Of a DNA stretch of 64,000 bases, positions 59,319 through 64,000 are shown piece by piece (positions within the stretch are counted from its first letter, which is position 1; each line of letters begins with the position of its first letter). Where the stretch lies: assembly GCA_963668315.1 (NCBI GenBank), contig OY764216.1, positions 160,001 to 224,000 on the forward strand. The letters run 5' to 3'. This DNA comes from Spirochaetia bacterium (lineage in GTDB: Bacteria; Spirochaetota; Spirochaetia; DSM-2461). The translations under genes were made by a program, and so were the position numbers. The notes under the pieces were generated by a model. It ran no database searches and was not told the origin of the DNA. It saw nothing but the letters and a program-made list of their open reading frames with translations.

Positions 59319-60162
59319 AGGACAGTCCTCCCTGAGCCAGCAGACGGCTCCACAAATCGGCAAAAATCACCCCAGCCTCTTCATGCTTTTCCGCAAGCAG
59401 CAAACCTTCCACCAGAGTACCGGCGTACTTTCGTGAAAAAGGCAGTTTCCCCAGAATCGGCAGTCCCCTATCCCGGCAGTAAGCAAGGAGCTCCTCTTCA
59501 TTTTCGCCTGCCTTATTAATAAAGACACCCGAAGGGACCGAAAGTTTATCCAGCATCTCTACGACCATTTTCATATCGCTCAGGGCAAAAGGGGTCGGTT
59601 CTGTCACGATGAGAGCATAATCGGCGCCCTCCGCCGCCTTTACGGCCGAACAGGCGCAGCCGGGAGGTGCATCAATAATCCGATGGGACCCATTCCCCCT
59701 TTCGCTCAATACACTATCGATAATCTTCTCCGCCGAAAACTCTCCTGTATCAAGAAGACCGTCAATAAATAACTGACCGTTTCCGCGGAGAAATCGCCCG
59801 ACCCGGCCAATTTCTCTTTTCTCAAAGCGAATCGCCTTTTCGGGGCAGACAAGGGCGCATCCTCCGCAGTCATGGCAAAGCTCCGCCATGACGAGGTTGG
59901 TTTTCTCCGTACTCAAGAGGGCGTTGAACTGACAAAAGCGGGCGCAGGCGCCGCAATGGGTACAGAGTTCTTCATCAATCCGGGGGAAACCGGTATACAC
60001 GGGTACATCGCGCTTCATGGCGGGAGCCATGAAAAGATGACCGTTCGGTTCTTCCACATCGCAGTCAAGCAAAGCCGCCGCCGATCCGGCTATCACGGCC
60101 AGATTCGTAGAAACGGTGGTTTTTCCCGTCCCCCCTTTACCGCTTAATACTACAATATCCAG
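59308..60162 (-). CDS. MinD-superfamily P-loop ATPase with ferredoxin domain, apparent CTG start
   Basis: Frame extends upstream of the listed ORF to CTG-D-I-V-V-L-SGKGGTGKTT; DCDVEEPN, CTHCGAC and CHDCGGC motifs. Confidence 0.88.
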   Translation of the reverse strand: MDIVVLSGKGGTGKTTVSTNLAVIAGSAAALLDCDVEEPNGHLFMAPAMKRDVPVYTGFPRIDEELCTHCGACARFCQFNALLSTEKTNLVMAELCHDCGGCALVCPEKAIRFEKREIGRVGRFLRGNGQLFIDGLLDTGEFSAEKIIDSVLSERGNGSHRIIDAPPGCACSAVKAAEGADYALIVTEPTPFALSDMKMVVEMLDKLSVPSGVFINKAGENEEELLAYCRDRGLPILGKLPFSRKYAGTLVEGLLLAEKHEEAGVIFADLWSRLLAQGGLSYGS

Positions 60163-60163
60163 A

Positions 60164-60526
60164 TCAGGCTCTCCTTAATCCGCCCCCCGTCGAGGGGCTC
60201 TTTCGCTCTTCAAGCTTATTTTCTTTATATGAGGAGAGAACCTCCGAAACAGTCCGGGCCTCTCCGATATGGAAAACCCTTATTCCCAGAGGTTCCATGG
60301 CGGCCATGGCCTTGGGCCCCACTTCGGGGGAAAGGACAACGGTAACATCCTCATCGGCCAGAGTCTGAACCGCTTTTACTCCCGCACCGGAAGGGGACGA
60401 GGGAGCTTCGTTCTCCAGAAACGTCTGTTTTCCCTCTCCGTCGATGAGACAGAAAAAAGGGCACCGGCCGAACCGCTCATCAATCTGGGGGTCAGCTTCC
60501 CTGTCCTTAACAGGCACAGCAATCAT
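60164..60526 (-). CDS. NifB/NifX-family (Fe-Mo cofactor-binding-like) protein
   Basis: MIAVP...IDERFGRCPFF...GAGVKAVQ...VGPKA. Confidence 0.88.
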   Translation of the reverse strand: MIAVPVKDREADPQIDERFGRCPFFCLIDGEGKQTFLENEAPSSPSGAGVKAVQTLADEDVTVVLSPEVGPKAMAAMEPLGIRVFHIGEARTVSEVLSSYKENKLEERKSPSTGGGLRRA

Positions 60527-60527
60527 A

Positions 60528-60851
60528 CTAGCAATCTCCCCTAGCGCCTGCCGGCTTCGTCCAGCCCTCGCCCGCTTCACCCGCACGGTAAAGACCGCCG
60601 GGCCTTCCCTGAACGGCGGCCCTGTTCCCGTATCCGGGCGCTCCGTTCCGGAAGCCCATCCCCCGGCCCGGGCCCATGCCGCGTCCCATTGCCGCGCCGA
60701 AACCACGGCCGGAACCGGCTCCTGCCAGGCCCCGTCCCCTACCTCTTCCACATCCATGCGCCGCTCTGCCGCGGCCTCCGAAGCCGGTATATTCGGGGTT
60801 GGAACACCAGCCCTTTCCATCGTTCATCGGACCTAATCCGTTTCTGTTCAT
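60528..60851 (-). CDS. Gly/Arg-rich protein (DUF5320-like)
   Basis: MNRNGLGPM..G.G.C followed by GRG repeats; SD AGGAGG. Confidence 0.65.
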   Translation of the reverse strand: MNRNGLGPMNDGKGWCSNPEYTGFGGRGRAAHGCGRGRGRGLAGAGSGRGFGAAMGRGMGPGRGMGFRNGAPGYGNRAAVQGRPGGLYRAGEAGEGWTKPAGARGDC

Positions 60852-60861
60852 ATCATACCTC

Positions 60862-61206
60862 CTAATGGTTATGATCATGCTCGCAGGCGGATCCGGTCGA
60901 TTCCAGATTGCCGCTCAGAAAAACCCGAACGTTCTCATCTATCGAGCCGGAAGCGCCCAGAATTACGTCAATATCGTTCTGCTTGAACAAATTGACAGCC
61001 ATCTGCCCCATTCCGCCGGTAAGGATAACGTCGGCCTTCTTCTCAGCCAGAAACTTGGGCATGACACCCGGTTCATGGGGGGGAGGAGTGACGTAAGTCG
61101 TCTCTTTCACTTCCCCGTTCTCGCAATCGATCAGGGCGAATTCCTTACAGTGACCGAAGTGGGACTCCACATTGATTCTATCGTTGGTGGGTATACCAAT
61201 TCTCAT
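60862..61206 (-). CDS. NifB/NifX-family protein with Cys/His tail
   Basis: MRIGIP...HFGHCKEF...HEPG...GGMG...CEHDHNH. Confidence 0.88.
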   Translation of the reverse strand: MRIGIPTNDRINVESHFGHCKEFALIDCENGEVKETTYVTPPPHEPGVMPKFLAEKKADVILTGGMGQMAVNLFKQNDIDVILGASGSIDENVRVFLSGNLESTGSACEHDHNH

Positions 61207-61288
61207 TTTTTTCTCCTTTCGACACTCGGAAAGCTCCGGCATCCGGCCGGTCCCGGGGTCTTATCATGTTGGGGCACAAAAAACATTT

Positions 61289-61330
61289 TGTGCATATGCA
61301 CATATTAAACCCGAAAAAAAGATAGGTCAA
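61289..61330 (-). promoter_or_regulatory. Sigma70 promoter with overlapping 14-bp palindromic operator
   Basis: TTGACC-17 bp-TAATAT, immediately followed by TGTGCATATGCACA (61289-61302). Confidence 0.75.
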
Positions 61331-61511
61331 GGGAGAAACGGGAATTTTACGCTTCCCCCTATGCTCCCGGCCGTCTGTCTACCCTTCGGCCGGATTTTTC
61401 TCACCATGATTTATAGAACTTAAGTTCTATTTACCATATTCATATCCGCTCTATAATTATTGTTGCGTTAAGCATTCACTTCATTTCATCAAAGAACACG
61501 CGGGAGAACCT

Positions 61512-61646
61512 ATGAAAAAATTGTTTTACCTCGCCCTGACGATAGATCAGGGGACTCTGACACCGGTATTCTCTCCCCTATCGATAGCCGCCGAGAATCC
61601 CCAGATAGACTTCGCCTACGATGACACCGATCTCACGACCTACTAA
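61512..61646 (+). other. Small ORF (44 aa), possible gene remnant
   Basis: GGGAG SD; MKKLFYLALT...DDTDLTTY*. Confidence 0.35.
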
Positions 61647-61686
61647 TTCCCGTCCCGGCCCTCCGGGGCCGGGCAACGCAGGCGCC

Positions 61687-62262
61687 CTATTCGCCCCCGA
61701 TCTCACCCTTCAGCCCGATCGCCTCGGCGGACTCCTTCATCCCGTCGATGCACTCCTGCATCAGCTCGCCGATCTCCAGGCCGATCATCTCCGCGCCCTT
61801 CAGCACCAGATCCCGGTCCACCCCGGCGGCGAACCCCTTGGACTTCCACTTCTTCTTCACCGACTTCACCGTCAGGTCCAGCACGCTCTTGCTCGGCCGC
61901 ATCAGGCAGGTGGCGTAAATCAGCCCGGTCAGCTCGTCGCAGGCATAAAGATACTTCTCCATAAACTCCGCCGGCTCCTCGTCGGAGCAAATCCCCCACC
62001 CGTGGGAACAGACCCCGTGGATATACTCCTCAGGCCAGCCCTCTCCCTCAAGGATCACCCGGGCCTTCACGCAGTGCTGTTCGGGAAACTTCTCATAATC
62101 GATATCGTGGACCAGCCCGATCACGCCCCATTTATCCCCGTCCTCGCCCCTTTTCAGGGCCGCATGGCGCATCACCGACTCCACCGTCAGGGCGTGAACG
62201 ATAAGATTCTCCGACTCATTGTACTTCTTAAGCAAAGTAAAAGCTTCCTCTCTCGTGGGCAT
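61687..62262 (-). CDS. HD/HDIG-domain metal-dependent hydrolase
   Basis: HALTVE, GLVHDIDYE, CDELTG and FAAGVDR motifs. Confidence 0.9.
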   Translation of the reverse strand: MPTREEAFTLLKKYNESENLIVHALTVESVMRHAALKRGEDGDKWGVIGLVHDIDYEKFPEQHCVKARVILEGEGWPEEYIHGVCSHGWGICSDEEPAEFMEKYLYACDELTGLIYATCLMRPSKSVLDLTVKSVKKKWKSKGFAAGVDRDLVLKGAEMIGLEIGELMQECIDGMKESAEAIGLKGEIGGE

Positions 62263-62315
62263 AAATTCCTCCTGATGCCCCCCATCATATCACGATTGAC
62301 TTCTTTATGGGCCCC

Positions 62316-62421
62316 CCTGCGCGCCTCCGGCCCGCAGGCCGCTATGTCCGGGGGTCCGCTATCGCTCCCGTCCCGCCGGGCTCCCCCCGGCGCGACCGCC
62401 TCCGGCGCCCCTCCCAGCGCT
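62316..62421 (-). ncRNA. Divergent structured GC-rich element related to the Flavo-1-like copies (copy 3)
   Basis: Minus strand reads CGCTGGGAGGGG...CCCCGGACATAGCG. Shares the CGCCGGAGGCG hairpin and GGAGCG..AGCGGA segment with copy 2. Confidence 0.5.
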
Positions 62422-62562
62422 GGGCCATGGTGCGCAATATTTTCCCGTTTTTAAAGAAAATAACTGGAAATCCCCCTAAAGATGTACTAGACTTTGTAAC
62501 GCGACGCTTCGGCGTATGCGCTATTACAAAATACCCTCTTTGAAGAAAGGAGACCCAAACTT

Positions 62563-64000
62563 ATGAAAAAGAAACAATTGGCACTGCTCTCTACAGCAGT
62601 TGCTTTCGCTTTGCTGATGACAGGATGTAACCTGGGCATGGCAGACACAGTCAGGATCGTGACCGATCCCACATTCCAGGTAAATCTGGGTGAGCGGTTA
62701 AATGTCTTAACCGATACAATCAACCTGGACGAAGAGCTAAATGATGCCATCAGTGATAATGCAGATGTTCTTTCTATAAATGACGTTGGCATTCCATACG
62801 ATGTCGACGGTGATGCGGCCACTGATGATCAGACGGTCAAATCAATTCGCATGGAAATGGATCTTTTCAACTACTCCATAAACGACTTCGCCGGCGAAAA
62901 CCTGAATCTGGATTCGATATCCCAGGACATTGACCCTGTTGAATTCACCATCCCCGAAATCAACAGCAACCAGTCCTTCGCAACCGGCTTCGACCCCATC
63001 GCTTTACCTATCGACGCATCGATTCCCACCGTATCAATCCCCTCCATTCCCGAAGTGGATGGAACTGCGACTGTATCGACCCCCACAGCCATAACGGCCG
63101 AAGGTTTTGATTCCATGACCTTTGATTCGGGGACCCTGTCGATAGCTGTGGCTATTACCGGCGGCTCCGGCTCCCAGACTGTCACCATCAACTCAGCACA
63201 GATAATGAATGGGGCCACGGAAGTGACCAATACGTCCAATACCCCGGTAACTGCTGACGGAACGCTTACCTTTCCTCTGTCGGGAGTAACCCTCCCCTCC
63301 TCCTTTACCATTGATTTTTCCGTAACGGTTACAGATGCGGCTCCCATAAATACCTTCACCATGGATCTGACATCTACATTCTCCGGAGACACTACGGTTA
63401 CCGCCGCTACGGGCATAACAGTAGATGAAAGTCTTTCTGACACCGTAACGGTTCCCCTTGGGAATGCCGACTTGGTAAGTGCCGATATCGGAACCGGAGG
63501 AATAGATATAGACCTCAGCCTTGATCCTTCCTGGACAAACCTGGAAACAACCATGGATTGGACTCTGAGGCAGGGAGCCACGGTACTGGGCAGCGCGGCG
63601 GGCATTTCCGTAGACAACACGGACTCACTTCCCGGTACTGTTGAAATCGACCTTGCCGGAGTATCACTCACCGCCGCTGACCTGACTCTCGATTACACCG
63701 TATACGTTCAGACCGCCATCGACCAAACATCGGATTTCTCCGTTACATCGGGAGTGGATGAAGTTAGCGGAACAGCAACGGCAGGGATAACCTCTTTCAA
63801 TACCTTGGTTCTGACTGTCCCCGATATGGACTTTACCGATACTATCATTGAAAACCTATCCTCCGACGTTACAGACAATATTACCTCCATTACCTTCGCC
63901 GATACCGCGGCGGTAACGATGCAAATAGTCAACAATCTTCCCGGGTCCACCACGATTGACGTGACACTGAACTCTACGGAACTGGGCCTCAGCGGAACGA
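62563..64000 (+). CDS. Large acidic, Thr/Asp-rich surface lipoprotein (runs off the right edge of the window)
   Basis: Not in ORF track. SD AAGGAG; MKKKQLALLSTAVAFALLMTGC lipobox; frame read open by hand through the first ~560 nt, and long antisense shadow ORFs support continuation to the edge. Confidence 0.85.
   Translation, partial: MKKKQLALLSTAVAFALLMTGCNLGMADTVRIVTDPTFQVNLGERLNVLTDTINLDEELNDAISDNADVLSINDVGIPYDVDGDAATDDQTVKSIRMEMDLFNYSINDFAGENLNLDSISQDIDPVEFTIPEINSNQSFATGFDPIALPIDASIPTVSIPSIPEVDGTATVSTPTAITAEGFDSMTFDSGTLSIAVAITGGSGSQTVTINSAQIMNGATEVTNTSNTPVTADGTLTFPLSGVTLPSSFTIDFSVTVTDAAPINTFTMDLTSTFSGDTTVTAATGITVDESLSDTVTVPLGNADLVSADIGTGGIDIDLSLDPSWTNLETTMDWTLRQGATVLGSAAGISVDNTDSLPGTVEIDLAGVSLTAADLTLDYTVYVQTAIDQTSDFSVTSGVDEVSGTATAGITSFNTLVLTVPDMDFTDTIIENLSSDVTDNITSITFADTAAVTMQIVNNLPGSTTIDVTLNSTELGLSGT

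Noticed and set aside
60527..60820. N-terminal extension of the 218-aa ORF 60164-60820
   Set aside because: It is an alternate frame of the Gly/Arg-rich gene. The NifX-like domain starts at 60526 with its own SD.
60164..61206. Calling the two NifX-like genes nifX or nifY
   Set aside because: They lie in a sigma70 DUF134/ATPase cassette also found in non-diazotrophs, 54 kb from nifV.
62487..63953. Minus-strand ORFs 62487-62822, 62871-63671 and 63708-63953
   Set aside because: They are antisense to the plus-strand lipoprotein starting at 62563.
1..64000. tRNA, rRNA, transposase, integrase, prophage or defence genes
   Set aside because: None was recognised by eye. tRNAscan-SE, ISEScan and DefenseFinder would be needed to exclude them formally.

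Overview
Bacterial chromosomal window, most likely from a free-living, anaerobic spirochaete. That assignment is inferred from signal-peptide style and gene content, not proven. From left to right it contains: (1) a sigma54-driven nitrogenase cofactor-assembly operon, nifE-nifN-nifB-[2Fe-2S] ferredoxin-nifV, with no nifHDK in the window; (2) mixed metabolic, transport and signalling genes, including five histidine kinases, two chemoreceptors and a kinase/dehydrogenase/GatZ hexitol-tagatose cluster; (3) pheS-pheT; (4) several large surface lipoproteins; (5) a DUF134/NifX-like/MinD-ATPase/SulP cluster. No rRNA, tRNA, CRISPR array or transposase was seen. The strongest unannotated signals are: a complete Phe-rich leader-peptide attenuator in front of pheST; three dispersed Flavo-1-like structured RNA elements; about ten apparently leaderless genes; a CTG-initiated ATPase; and a perfect palindromic operator over the DUF134-cluster promoter. 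All family calls come from motif recognition by eye; no searches were run.
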